Assembly (NCBI GenBank): GCA_965203295.1
Contig: CBDBCZ010000019.1
Coordinates: forward strand, 640,001-704,000
DNA length: 64,000 bases
From: Nitrospirales bacterium
Lineage (GTDB): Bacteria > Nitrospirota > Nitrospiria > Nitrospirales > UBA8639
Reading direction: 5' to 3'
The notes beneath the pieces were generated by a model that saw only the letters and a program-made list of their open reading frames with translations, was not told the origin of the DNA and ran no database searches. Position numbers and translations under genes: made by a program. Of the stretch, positions 11,810-22,466 are shown in pieces; the first letter of the stretch is position 1, and each line of letters begins with the position of its first letter.

Positions 11810-12355
11810 ATGGGTGACAACAAATTTTTGACTGATATCAAGACATTAAGGGAACGCGCACGAAGAGAAATTGAAAAAGGGGCTGTGACGCCTGGCTATA
11901 AGGCTGATCGAACGACAGTGAACAACATCCTGAATGAAGCACTAGCTATGGAAATTGTGTGTGTGCTGCGTTACAAGAGACATTTTTATATGGCTTCCGG
12001 GATCAATGCGCAAAGCGTTGCTGCAGAATTTCTCCAACATGCTAATGAAGAACAGATGCATGCTGATCAAATCGCTCAACGAATCGTGCAGTTAGGTGGT
12101 GAACCAAACTTCTCTCCTGAGGGAATGTTAATCCGTAGTCATTCTGAATACGTGGAGGGCGAGTCCTTATCTGAGATGATTACAGAAAACCTCGTTGCAG
12201 AGCATGTAGCGATTGATAGCTATCGTGACATGATCAATTTTCTTGGGAATGATGATCCGACAACCCGTAGAATGCTAGAAGGTATCTTGGCAATGGAGGA
12301 AGAGCATGCGGACGATTTGGTAAGCCTGTTAGAGGAGATGAAGGTGAAAACGTGA
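11810..12355 (+). CDS. Bacterioferritin/ferritin-like protein
   Basis: Ferroxidase motifs EEQMHAD and EEEHAD. Confidence 0.85.
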   Translation: MGDNKFLTDIKTLRERARREIEKGAVTPGYKADRTTVNNILNEALAMEIVCVLRYKRHFYMASGINAQSVAAEFLQHANEEQMHADQIAQRIVQLGGEPNFSPEGMLIRSHSEYVEGESLSEMITENLVAEHVAIDSYRDMINFLGNDDPTTRRMLEGILAMEEEHADDLVSLLEEMKVKT

Positions 12356-12375
12356 AGTATAGGGATTAGGGAAGG

Positions 12376-12972
12376 ATGATGAAGAAATTTCGAGTTCTGT
12401 TTATAATTGCATTTGTCTGGTTTGGCTCAGTCGCTTATGGACAGGATACGTCTGAGGGAATTCGGCCATTAATAGTTCTGGATAAGCCAGTCGACACGGT
12501 CATCCCTTCAGGTGTGATGTTTCTAAACGAGCCCAACACCACTCAACAATTCCTGACAAAGCTAGAAGGGCAACCACCAGATTGGAAGTATCTGTTTGGG
12601 AAAAACGTCGATGAACGATATGATCGGCTTTTCGATGAATCAGAAAAACGTGATGTACGTCGAGCTGATAATCCTAACCTAGAGCAGTCTATTGCTTTTC
12701 TCTGGGACGGATTTCTGACAAGGGTCCGGGATGATAAACCTGGATTCGCAGTTTCTATTGGCCCTAGGCAGATTCAAACTTCTTGGGGGATTGTTCGTTT
12801 CAAGATTGCCAACCAGCCTTTTGAAATGACAGCCATGCCTTCCACGGAGCTCTTTAAGGACCTAAAACAGAAACGGGATCGGAAAGAAGAGATGGCGATC
12901 TTGATTGTGTTTCAAGGCAAACTCATTCCTGAAGAATCGCTTATGTATGATTTTCACTGCAAAGGAAGGTGA
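12376..12972 (+). CDS. Exported hypothetical protein (C-terminus possibly frameshifted)
   Basis: Long ORF with signal peptide. Confidence 0.6.
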   Translation: MMKKFRVLFIIAFVWFGSVAYGQDTSEGIRPLIVLDKPVDTVIPSGVMFLNEPNTTQQFLTKLEGQPPDWKYLFGKNVDERYDRLFDESEKRDVRRADNPNLEQSIAFLWDGFLTRVRDDKPGFAVSIGPRQIQTSWGIVRFKIANQPFEMTAMPSTELFKDLKQKRDRKEEMAILIVFQGKLIPEESLMYDFHCKGR

Positions 12973-13046
12973 AGGCATGATTCTCCACATCGTAGAACTT
13001 ACGCAGGTTGATTATGTTTTAAGCTCGAATCATTTACCCTAGTTCA

Positions 13047-13085
13047 TTCATTGTTAAGTTAACAATGAACAGTTAGCGGTTAACG
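13047..13085. promoter_or_regulatory. Putative enhancer: perfect palindrome TTCATTGTTAA-G-TTAACAATGAA plus a GTTAACG site
   Basis: Same GTTAAGTTAA core and nearly the same spacing as the 5994 site. Confidence 0.6.
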
Positions 13086-13177
13086 TTTCACCTGTTTCCG
13101 CCACGCTGTTTTCAAGAAATCCCAGTTATGGCACTAAAAATAGGGGACTTTTTTTGATATCTTCTTGGATGCCTTCT

Positions 13178-13193
13178 TGGCTTCAATTTTGCT
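13178..13193 (+). promoter_or_regulatory. Sigma54 promoter TGGCTTCAATTTTGCT
   Basis: GG(13179-80)-N10-GC(13191-92) upstream of the cytochrome operon. Confidence 0.7.
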
Positions 13194-13336
13194 TAACGTA
13201 CGTTTAACGAGACGACAGAGTCAGCGAACAAACAAAATTTGATGACAATTTCAAAACAACTAGATCATGCCTAGTGTAGAAATTTTCCACAGTAACATTT
13301 TACGGAAGAATTCGTACCACAGGGAGGCTTCAATGC

Positions 13337-14786
13337 ATGTATGCATTATCACGTTCCTTGGACAAAGTTTGGTTACCCTTTGCATCGGTTCTTTTCATTG
13401 GAAGCTTCTTTCTTGTGCTATGTAGTGGTACCGATCTTTGGGCTGCTGATGAAAAACAAGCGGAGATGATGATTAACAATGTCTGCTCCACCTGCCATAA
13501 GTTCAAAGGTGAGGGTGAGAGTCGGTTTAATCTGAAGGCCCCAGACCTCATGTGGGCTGGCAGTAAATATCAGCGGGAATGGCTCATCGGTTACCTCACT
13601 GGAAAAGAGAAATTGTTGTATACCAAGAGCTATCACTGGGACCAGGGATGGGAACCAGATGTGCACATCACGCTAACACAAGATCAAGCAGAGGGAATTG
13701 CAGAATATTTCGAAAAACATTTCGTCGACCCGCGTGTCAAAGTCGGGTCGTTTGATCTCACCAAAGTTACACGAAAAGAGGTGGAGTTTGGTGCTCAGGC
13801 CTATAAGGACCATGCCTGTATTGGCTGTCATACGATTGAAGAAAACGGACAGTTGGTGGGGGGACCGCAGAGTGCCAACTTAGCCGAATCCGGAAAACGT
13901 TATGACAAAGATTGGTTATTCCGGTTCGGGTTAAATCCGCAAGATTTCACGCCTCATAGTGGAGAGTTTTTAGCAGAAGCTACGGAGTTTGGTTTGAGGG
14001 CGATCATTGGGTACCTCGATCATTGGGTACCTGATGACTCTGGGTATTCCTGATTTTCAGTACTATGAACCCTGGAAGAGTCCGGAGTTTGAGACTGCCA
14101 GCGTGGATCGAGGAAAGGTGATCTATAAAGAATACTGCTCACAATGTCATGGAGCCACGGGAAAGGGCGATGGAGCAGGTGCCTCAGGGTTAAGCCCCAA
14201 ACCAGCGGTCCATGCAAACATGGCCTTTGACAAATTACCCATGGAATATCTCTACAATGTGATCTATCACGGTGGTCGGAGTGTCGGGAAATCAACTTCC
14301 ATGCCATATTGGAATTTAACGATTGGTCAACAAGGAGTGGCCGATGTGATCGCGTATCTCAAGGTGACATTTAAGGGTGCTCCACAAATGGCTGAGTCCA
14401 TGGTAGCTGAGGGACCATCCGGAGTCTGTCCCCAGCCTCGAAAGACAAAACGAGCGCCCGGGAAGTACCGGAAGATGACCAATCCTCTCCCAGCGACCGC
14501 AGCTAATGTTAAGGCAGGGGAAATGTTGTTCCAGCAAACAGCGCAACCGTTGGCCTGTATGAATTGTCATGGGACAAAGGGCGATGGGCAAGGTCCAATG
14601 GGAGCGGCACTAGATCCTCGTCCACGGAACTTTACCTGTGGTGAGACGATGAAAAATATTACCGATGGTCAAATGTATTGGATCATCAAGAAAGGATCGA
14701 TAGGCACTGGCATGATGGCTTTTTCAGGTATGCCAGATAACCAAATATGGCAACTGATCCAGTATATTCGGACGTTAGCCAAATAA
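13337..14786 (+). pseudogene. Tetraheme c-type cytochrome split by a 16-bp tandem duplication (14001-14032)
   Basis: CSTCH and CIGCH in one frame, CSQCH and CMNCH in another; removing one CGATCATTGGGTACCT copy restores a single frame. Confidence 0.9.
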
Positions 14787-14965
14787 GTCTTATCAAGCAA
14801 CCATGGCATCTCGTGCCCTGTACCTTCCTCTTCCCTCTCTTTACAAGAGAGAGGGAGAGGTGGCATCCAGAATTTGAAGACTTATTCTGGCCATTTCTAT
14901 CTTCTGCTTTGTGTCCAGGGAGTATGACAAGTTGGTTTTCATTACGTCTATCTATGAGCTGATCG

Positions 14966-16210
14966 ATGAAGGAATGGGTTTTCAACAATCCAACCGGCCT
15001 CACGCGACGTCATTTTCTCCAGACAAGCGCCATCTTAGGTGGCTTAGCTCTCGTCGGAAACAAGCTCGTCCGTGCTGATGATGCTCCAGTAATTGAGCTC
15101 CCATTTGAACGGGGAAAGAGACCTCTCGTCGCGTTTCCACAGAAGCGGCTGCTGATGGTGATGACAACAAGGCCGCCTCAGCTCGAAACGCCTTTTCATC
15201 TATTTAACGAGAGTATTTTCACTCCTAATGACGCTTTCTTTGTTCGATGGCATCTGGCGAATATTCCGACAAGCCTAGACCTCCAATCTTTTCGACTGAC
15301 GATTCGAGGGCGAGTGGAGCAAGTTCTCTCACTCAGCCTTCAAGACTTACAGCGAGATTTTGAACAGGTTGAATTGCCCGCTGTCTGCCAATGTGCAGGC
15401 AATAGTCGGGGATTTTTCGAGCCCCGTGTGCCAGGTGGACAATGAGGCAATGGGGCGATGGGTAATGCGTTATGGACTGGAGTGCGATTGCGAGACATTC
15501 TGAATCGAGCAGGGTTGAAAAAAGATGCGGTTCAAGTCCGTTTTGATGGACTGGATAAACCCGTAGCCGATGCGACGCCTGACTTCCGCAAGTCTTTAGA
15601 GATTGATCAGACATTACGTGATCATATCTTGGTTGCCTATAGCATGAATGGTGAAGCCCTCCTATCGCTAAACGGGTTCCCCCTCCGCTTGGTTGTTCCA
15701 GGGTGGTATGCTACGTATTGGGTCAAAATGCTGAATGACATCGAAGTGCTGAATACAGAAGATCAGGAATTTTGGATGAAACGAGCGTATCGATTACCAG
15801 ACGATCCCTGTCGGTTTACAGACCCCGGCGAAAAGCCGACGGCAACGGTGCCGTTAGGTGCCATGACCATTCGTTCTTTTATCACTAATATACAACAGGG
15901 GGCATCGATACCTTCCGGTCAGGTGCAGAAGGTCAAAAGGATTGCGTTCGATCAAGGATATAGCATTGATCGTGTGCTGTTTTCCACAGATGGGGGGCAG
16001 CATTGGCAAAACGCAAAACTGGGAAGGGATTATGGAGACTTTAGTTTTCGACCGTGGGAAGCCCAATTTACAACCAAGGCAGGAAAGACCTATCAACTTC
16101 AATCAATGGCGATCAATCGAATTGGGGAATCCCAACGGATGAGTGCGCGTTGGAATTCAAGCGGATATCTTCGGAACGTAATCGAAACCCTCTCAGTGAC
16201 GGGAATATAG
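14966..16210 (+). pseudogene. sorA: SorA/SoxC-like molybdopterin sulfite dehydrogenase with in-frame TGA at 15443-15445
   Basis: Tat signal RRHFL, FFVRWH, CAGNSR, GGQ*GNGAMGNA (W codon lost), NGFPLRLVVPGWY. Confidence 0.85.
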
Positions 16211-16221
16211 GAAGCTGAAGC

Positions 16222-16863
16222 ATGAACATGTTTCGTCTCTTAATCATCGCAAGCCTCGCGGTTCTTTTGATAGGGACTGGTCAGCCGGGATTGGTTGCAG
16301 GCGACCAGAACTTTTTATTACCTTCTGATCCTATGGCCTTTCAATCTGGACCAGGAAATTAGGTCGCTTCCAGTTATTGTGTTATTTGCCATTCTGCAGA
16401 GTATGTCTATATGCAGCCACCCCATCCTCCAGAAAAATGGAACGAAATAGTCTGGAAAATGAAACAAGCTTTTGGATGTCCTATTCCCAAGGAAGATATT
16501 TCAACCTTGGTGGATTACCTCGTTGGACAAAATAGCGTTCAGCCAGCAATCGGAACCCAAAATGCTCAGCAGCCTGTTTCCCCGGTCGCATCAGAAGGGG
16601 CAAGCTCGGCAAATGTAAAGACCGTTTTCAACACTTATTGTATGAACTGCCATGGAGAAACGGGAAAAGGGGACGGTCCCATTGGCAAATCCTTGGTTCC
16701 TCCTGCGGCTAATCTGACGCAATTACAGAACAAATCGGACGACATGATACGCAAGACGATTCAAAATGGTCGTCCTGGAACGGCCATGCCTTCTTGGAAA
16801 AATGATCTTTCCCCACAAGACATTCAGGATGTTTTAGCGTATATTCGTCAGTTGAGTCAGTAA
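16222..16863 (+). pseudogene. SorB-like diheme cytochrome c with in-frame TAG at 16360-16362
   Basis: Signal peptide, GPGN*VASSYCVICHSAEYVYMQPP, second heme CMNCH. Confidence 0.8.
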
Positions 16864-16912
16864 TCCTAGCAATCACCTAATCTCCTAGAGTGCAGTTGTT
16901 TTTCTCCTTTCT

Positions 16913-18064
16913 GTGACTGAAAACTCAATTTCCAATCTGCCTGCCTTTCCCATTCAAGAGCCCTTTCTACAAGTTTGTCACCTCCTGACCTTTCTGCTGC
17001 ATCTCATGTTTATGAACGTGTTGGTTGGGGGAACCTCGGTCATGGTGATCACGGATTGGCTCGGATTGTGCACCGGCAGAGGGTACTACCGACGCCTGGG
17101 AGCGACTTTGGCCGGCGTTGTTCCTTTTGCCTTGGTCTTCACCATTCTGCTAGGTATTGCTTCACTCCTGTTTCTTCAAATCATTTATAGGGGGATTGTG
17201 TCTGCAACGACTGGCCTTCTTAACACCGCATGGCTGATAGTGCTTGGTATGCTTGGGCTTGGGTTTTACATGCTCTACGTTTACCAACAGTCTCGAGAAG
17301 ATCCCTCCCGTTCCCCCTATTTTCATCTTGTCATTGGAAGTATGAGCACAGGGCTATTCTTGGGAGTGGCATTAATATTCGTTTCGGCAAACATCTTGAT
17401 GCTTTTTCCAGAGAAATGGAGCGCCATTCAAACCATTAGTTTGAGTGGCGCATTAGATCTCCCAACCGTTATTCCGCGCTTTCTCCATATCGTTCTGGCC
17501 AGTGTGGCAGGGCTTGGGATCCTCATGATGTTGTATGGGATGACGTTATCATCCCGATGGGGAAATCGATTTTTTAGAGGGTCGATGCCCGATCCTGATT
17601 ACGCGCTGTGGGTTATGCGGTATGGAGTTGCCTGTACTCTTGGAGGAACGCTCCCCCAAACCGTCGTGGGTCCGTGGTTGCTTCTGGCTCTACCGGATTA
17701 TGTACGTGGAGCTTTGGTGAGCGGTGAAACTGTTGGATCATTAGCCTTTTTTGTGAGTTTAACGTGCGCCTTACTCGGACTTGTTCTGTTGAATGCTGCC
17801 CTGATGGTTCCTAAATCTAAGGGCCTTGCCCTAGGAGGGCTCATAAGCTTGATGGTCACCATAGCTCTTATGGTAGTGGTGAGGGACCAAGTTCGGTACG
17901 ACTGGCTCCGTCCTCATTTTGATCCAAGCCTGTCTCAACAAGATCTCTCAATAGTGATGATCAGCCTTTCAATGGGCATACTCGTGGCCACTTCGTGGGC
18001 AATTTTCCATATGATCCGAAAAGCTTTAAGGACATCTTTTCGTATACAAAATCCCGGCATGTAG
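16913..18064 (+). CDS. Polytopic membrane protein of unknown function (His-containing TM helices)
   Basis: Many hydrophobic helices, LHLMFMN and PRFLH motifs; in the cytochrome operon. Confidence 0.7.
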   Translation: MTENSISNLPAFPIQEPFLQVCHLLTFLLHLMFMNVLVGGTSVMVITDWLGLCTGRGYYRRLGATLAGVVPFALVFTILLGIASLLFLQIIYRGIVSATTGLLNTAWLIVLGMLGLGFYMLYVYQQSREDPSRSPYFHLVIGSMSTGLFLGVALIFVSANILMLFPEKWSAIQTISLSGALDLPTVIPRFLHIVLASVAGLGILMMLYGMTLSSRWGNRFFRGSMPDPDYALWVMRYGVACTLGGTLPQTVVGPWLLLALPDYVRGALVSGETVGSLAFFVSLTCALLGLVLLNAALMVPKSKGLALGGLISLMVTIALMVVVRDQVRYDWLRPHFDPSLSQQDLSIVMISLSMGILVATSWAIFHMIRKALRTSFRIQNPGM

Positions 18065-18090
18065 AAATTCAGACTTGCAGTCTTCATATC

Positions 18091-18880
18091 ATGACGATTC
18101 AAGCCCTATTCGCACTTATCTTAGGAGGGATCATAGGGACATTCTTGGGAGCCACTGGTGGTGGAGGATCCCTTATGGCGATCCCATTGTTGGTATATGT
18201 CGTTGGAGTACCGGTTCAAAGTGCGACCGCGATGTCTTTGGTGGTCGTAGGCTTCTCAGCGTTCTTCGGAGCCTGGAGAGCAGGTCGTGATGGAAAGGTT
18301 CGGGGATTGGCGGCGTTACTATATCAGTGCGACTGGAGCCATCGGAGCGTGGATTGGAGCATATGGGCATCAGCTCGTCCACGGGAATATGGTCCTTCTC
18401 TTATTCGGCATCTTGATGGGTGTGATTGCAATTGTAACCTGGCATCGGAGTCGAAGTGAGATTGAAGGGCCGCTCGACGAAGGCTGTGCAGTCGAGTTCT
18501 CCTTCGCTTGTATGGGAAAAGCCTTAAGTATCGGGTTCTGCGTTGGTCTGTTAACTGGATTTTTCGGAATCGGAGGTGGGTTTGTCATCGTGCCAGGATT
18601 GGTGTTGATCATGGGATTTCCTATGCGAATCGCGATTGGTACCTCACTTCTGATTATTGGCCTAATTTCTTTAGGGGGAATCGCAGGACATTTGTCTTTG
18701 GCCAAGATTGATGGTGTCCTCACGACTTTGGTCTTAGGTGGAAGTATGGCGGGTATCATAGGAGGCAGCCAGTTGGCAAAAGCCATGGATGTTCAGACAC
18801 TTAGCAAGGCTTTTGCTGTCGTGGCAGGTGGAGTGAGTCTTTTCATCATGATTGATAATGGTCTTCACCTCCTGAGTTAA
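18091..18880 (+). pseudogene. TauE/SafE sulfite exporter family protein, frameshift near 18323
   Basis: GATGGGGS and GFFGIGGGFVIVP halves lie in different frames. Confidence 0.85.
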
Positions 18881-18960
18881 CACTGAGGAAAAGGACATGA
18901 TCTCGTTTCTCTCGCTTTCTCTGGAGCGAGAGCTCAGTGAGGAAGAGGTAGGAAGCCGGT

Positions 18961-20913
18961 CTACAAATTGTGATTCACAGGTAGAGCTAACGTGAAATGT
19001 CGGCCTCGGTCTTCGTAGAGAAGGCGTTTTTGGAGGAGCGTGCAGATAATATCATCAACGGGTAGAGTGTGGTCTGATTGAGAAGCAGTTTGTTCAGTCA
19101 ATCCATGACGGATCTGATCGATCGTTTTCGGTGTTTCATTACAGAATTCAATGATGAAAGCGGCAGGCCAATCGAAACGCTCACTGGTCGGAGTGGTGTA
19201 TCGTCCATCATAGACCGTGATGTAGCTTAAGGCCTTGGCATAAAACAAAAAGGGTCGATTGTCGGAAAAATACCGCTGTCTCCATTCGCTCACCCACCGG
19301 ACCAATTCTTTGTATAGCGCGGGATCCACCCTCCAATCCACGTCGTACTCAAAGTCGTACGCAATCTTGTTCAAATCCACCTTATGGGCATCGTACACGT
19401 ATTCATACGCGCTCCCTGGTCCGGTGATGCGGACACCATAATCTTCAGGTCGCATGAAGTAGGGGCTGAACCGTTCGAGCCAAAGTTTTCCGGTTGATTC
19501 GGGTGGCTGAAGGTGGAGTAACGACGGAATCAGCTCAATCTGGCGCTGATAATCTTCATTGGTTTCCTTGGGAAAGCCCAAGAGAATATTCCACGAGATA
19601 TCAATATTGTAGTATCGGCTCCATTTGAGACATTGAATGTTTTGAAGTGGGCTGACTCCCTTATCCATTTCTTTCAGTTGGCTATTGCTGAGGCTTTCAA
19701 TGCCTGGCTGCATGCATTTGACTCCACCTTGAGCCAAGGTTTGAATTTGCCGTTTCGTGAGATTGCTCTTGGTCTCCATAAACACATCAAGGTCATAATG
19801 GTTTTGAGCAAATTTCCCAAATAAATGGTCGATGTATTTCATATCGATGATGTTGTCGACCAGTCGGAACCGAGTGGTTTCATATCGACTAGAGAGAACG
19901 TCCATTTCGTTAGCAACCTGACCAGCTGATTTTGCGCGAAATTTCATAGCTTGAGCATTGAGACCGCAAAACGTGCAATGGTGTTTTTCGCCCCACCAAC
20001 ATCCTCGTGAGCCTTCATACAGAAGAATGCGATTCAATCCCGTGGAACCTTGGCCTTCTAACTCTTTCATCAACTCAAAATAATCGTCGTAATCCGGAGG
20101 ACCTGTCTCCTGGAAATCAGAAAACAGTTTGGAATTTGGGGTCAGATGTATTTGCCCGTTCTTCCGATACGCAATGCCAGGAGGAAAGGTCTCTTCCTGT
20201 CCACGTAGAATCTGTTTGACCAATTGAGGAAAAGCCTCTTCACCCTCGCCGACCACGACGTAATCAATCCAAGGAAATGCACGGAGTTGTTCGAGTCCCA
20301 TTTCTCCTTCAAAATTTGCACCGCCGAAGACAATGCGAATGTCGGGATAGAGATCTTTAATGAGTTTAGCCAGGGTAAGACTGGCCACGTTCTGATCAAA
20401 GGTTGAAGTAAAGCCCACGACTTTATATTGGTCCCATTCATAAGCCGTAATGGCCCAAGTGAGAAACTGAGGTGCAAGTTTGTGAGCGATCTCTTCTAGA
20501 AAACCAATCGAGCACCCACTTTCTTTGGCTGTCGATTCAAAGACAGGTTTGAATATATGAGGGTACTCATCATGTTTGGGGTTGTCGTGGAACAATATGG
20601 ATGAGAAAAACCATTCCCCGATCAATCCGCGCTTTTCACACAGCACCTCGTAGAGCGGGACTCCAATCTTGTGGGCAAACAACACGTTTAAGTGGTAGGA
20701 CTTCACCCCGATGCCCTGGTTCTTTAATACGCGGGATAATGTTCCTAACTGAATGGAAGGGAATCTAGAATACACGAATGGCATGGTCACAAGGGCGACG
20801 GATGGGTTCCCAGAGAGATCGTCCCAGCCCTCTTGCGAAACTAGTGCTTCGGCTTGGGGTGTGGAAGAGCCAATCGTAATCAGTGGTTCTTGAATCGAAG
20901 AGGTCTCAGGCAT
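18961..20913 (-). CDS. B12-binding radical SAM protein, RiPP-maturation methyltransferase-like family
   Basis: SRGCWWGEKHHCTFCGLN motif, B12-binding-like N-terminus (GGANFEG), QPGIESLS. Confidence 0.85.
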   Translation of the reverse strand: MPETSSIQEPLITIGSSTPQAEALVSQEGWDDLSGNPSVALVTMPFVYSRFPSIQLGTLSRVLKNQGIGVKSYHLNVLFAHKIGVPLYEVLCEKRGLIGEWFFSSILFHDNPKHDEYPHIFKPVFESTAKESGCSIGFLEEIAHKLAPQFLTWAITAYEWDQYKVVGFTSTFDQNVASLTLAKLIKDLYPDIRIVFGGANFEGEMGLEQLRAFPWIDYVVVGEGEEAFPQLVKQILRGQEETFPPGIAYRKNGQIHLTPNSKLFSDFQETGPPDYDDYFELMKELEGQGSTGLNRILLYEGSRGCWWGEKHHCTFCGLNAQAMKFRAKSAGQVANEMDVLSSRYETTRFRLVDNIIDMKYIDHLFGKFAQNHYDLDVFMETKSNLTKRQIQTLAQGGVKCMQPGIESLSNSQLKEMDKGVSPLQNIQCLKWSRYYNIDISWNILLGFPKETNEDYQRQIELIPSLLHLQPPESTGKLWLERFSPYFMRPEDYGVRITGPGSAYEYVYDAHKVDLNKIAYDFEYDVDWRVDPALYKELVRWVSEWRQRYFSDNRPFLFYAKALSYITVYDGRYTTPTSERFDWPAAFIIEFCNETPKTIDQIRHGLTEQTASQSDHTLPVDDIICTLLQKRLLYEDRGRHFTLALPVNHNL

Positions 20914-21244
20914 TGTTAGAGAAAACCCGATCAGCTTTGGCTGCGAGATAAAAATCGCTCTCGGTCAGACCTTTGATTTTATGTGTCCAGATTTCCACTT
21001 TGCATTTCCCCCAGGCTAAATAGAGATCAGGATGGTGGCCTTCTTCTTCTGCAATGCCCCCGACTTTGTTCACGAATACCAAAGCATCTGCAAAATTCTG
21101 AAACGTGTACGAGCGTTCGATATGTCCATCTTGATTGAGTTCCCAACCATTCTCTAATTGCCCCAGTAATTCTTGCACCTTGGGTTGCTCCAGTGGAGGA
21201 ACCCCTCCACGACAGGGCACACACTTATTATCCGCAAGACTCAT
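20906..21244 (-). CDS. phhB: Pterin-4-alpha-carbinolamine dehydratase
   Basis: EGHHPDL and WTHKIKGLTESDF motifs. Confidence 0.9.
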   Translation of the reverse strand: MSLADNKCVPCRGGVPPLEQPKVQELLGQLENGWELNQDGHIERSYTFQNFADALVFVNKVGGIAEEEGHHPDLYLAWGKCKVEIWTHKIKGLTESDFYLAAKADRVFSNNA

Positions 21245-21326
21245 GATCTATTCTCCTTGTTTATAGTTTCGGGTTTCGAGTAAAAGAAATTATAATCTGT
21301 TCAAAAGCTTCTGCACAATTCGACCC

Positions 21327-22346
21327 TTAGGCCTCATCTTCACCTGCGACACCACCTGAGCGTGCCAAATCTTCGGCTTTAATCTTGTCGGGGTTGAATT
21401 TGGTGGCTCCAGCAATCATCCGATCCAAGACGTGTTCTAGAGAAAGAGGCGGCGAATCTTTGGGCCGAAACCGAATGGGGTTAATTCGAGCTACTACAAA
21501 ACTCTTGAGATACGGACTTGTTAATCTCCGTGTTTTCAAGTTTTCCACTTGCCCGATAACCACATCGTCAAGTTCCAAGACCTTTTGGGCCCTTCCAGAA
21601 CGAATCGTCAGAGCTTTGGAAAGTGGGAGATTCAAGAACTGATCCGTTCGCTTCAAGATGGGATGATAAGCTCCACCACTAAAACGTGGGCGTTGTTCAT
21701 AGCACAAACCAAGAGTAATAAAAGCTGGTTCCTCAAATTCGAGACTGTAATTCTGTTCATCCTCTGTACTCAGTGACGACAACTCTCGATACATACGAAT
21801 GACTTCCGATGCTTTTTCGCGGAGATTGTGGGCCTTCTCCGTATTGAGAGCCAAGATTCTATAGGCCACCGAAGGATTGGGAACCACGAGCGCGATGATG
21901 CTTTTTGCACCCATCTTCCGCATGGCCGAAAGGCGGTGATGGCCGTTAGGAGTCCAGTATCGTGCTCCATCCTTGCTGGAATTGTTAGCATGAACCGCGA
22001 TGATCGGATCTAAGAATTGTCCGAGTTTCCCAATTATGCCTTCCAGTTTTCGAACATGGGTCTCCGACAGATTTCGTTGAAAAGGCGTGGGTTCGACCAG
22101 CTTGATAGGGAGCGCGGCCATGATAACCCAATGTCCACCAAATGATTCCCGATACACGCTAAGGATTTTGCCTCTGTTTCCCTCAATCTCCTGACAAAGG
22201 GATGCTACCTCCCCTGGTGGAGCGGCTGCCTGTAATTCGGTTGGGGCAAGACCCGTAGAAGCCCCTGCCGGTTTACGTCTCCGGCGAACGCCTCCACTTG
22301 TTTTGGATGATCTGGTTTTTTTCTCAGCCATGAGGTTACCGCTCAT
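21327..22346 (-). CDS. ParB/Srx N-terminal domain protein
   Basis: PTPFQR, DPII, PNGHHRL motifs. Confidence 0.75.
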   Translation of the reverse strand: MSGNLMAEKKTRSSKTSGGVRRRRKPAGASTGLAPTELQAAAPPGEVASLCQEIEGNRGKILSVYRESFGGHWVIMAALPIKLVEPTPFQRNLSETHVRKLEGIIGKLGQFLDPIIAVHANNSSKDGARYWTPNGHHRLSAMRKMGAKSIIALVVPNPSVAYRILALNTEKAHNLREKASEVIRMYRELSSLSTEDEQNYSLEFEEPAFITLGLCYEQRPRFSGGAYHPILKRTDQFLNLPLSKALTIRSGRAQKVLELDDVVIGQVENLKTRRLTSPYLKSFVVARINPIRFRPKDSPPLSLEHVLDRMIAGATKFNPDKIKAEDLARSGGVAGEDEA

Positions 22347-22430
22347 GGTAGAAAACCTTCATAGGAAAAAGAAAGCCCTGAGTTTTATTCAGAGACTGCC
22401 TTGTCTCTTATCTCTAAGAGTTAGAAAAAG

Positions 22431-22465
22431 ATAAGCCCTTGGATTAAAGCAATCCAAGGGCTTAT
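22431..22465 (-). terminator. Intrinsic terminator of ssrA
   Basis: ATAAGCCCTTGGATT/AATCCAAGGGCTTAT perfect stem followed by a T-run on the minus strand, directly after the CCA end. Confidence 0.85.
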
Positions 22466-22466
22466 T

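Noticed and set aside
8322..16362. In-frame stops as evidence of recoding (Sec, Pyl or an alternative genetic code)
   Set aside because: The stops are of different types and replace different expected residues (TGA for Arg, TGA for Trp, TAG probably for Gln, TAA elsewhere). TGA and TAG also end many intact genes, so pseudogenisation explains them better.
18961..22466. Genomic island integrated at the ssrA 3' end
   Set aside because: No integrase and no duplicated ssrA 3' fragment seen; a terminator follows the CCA end directly.
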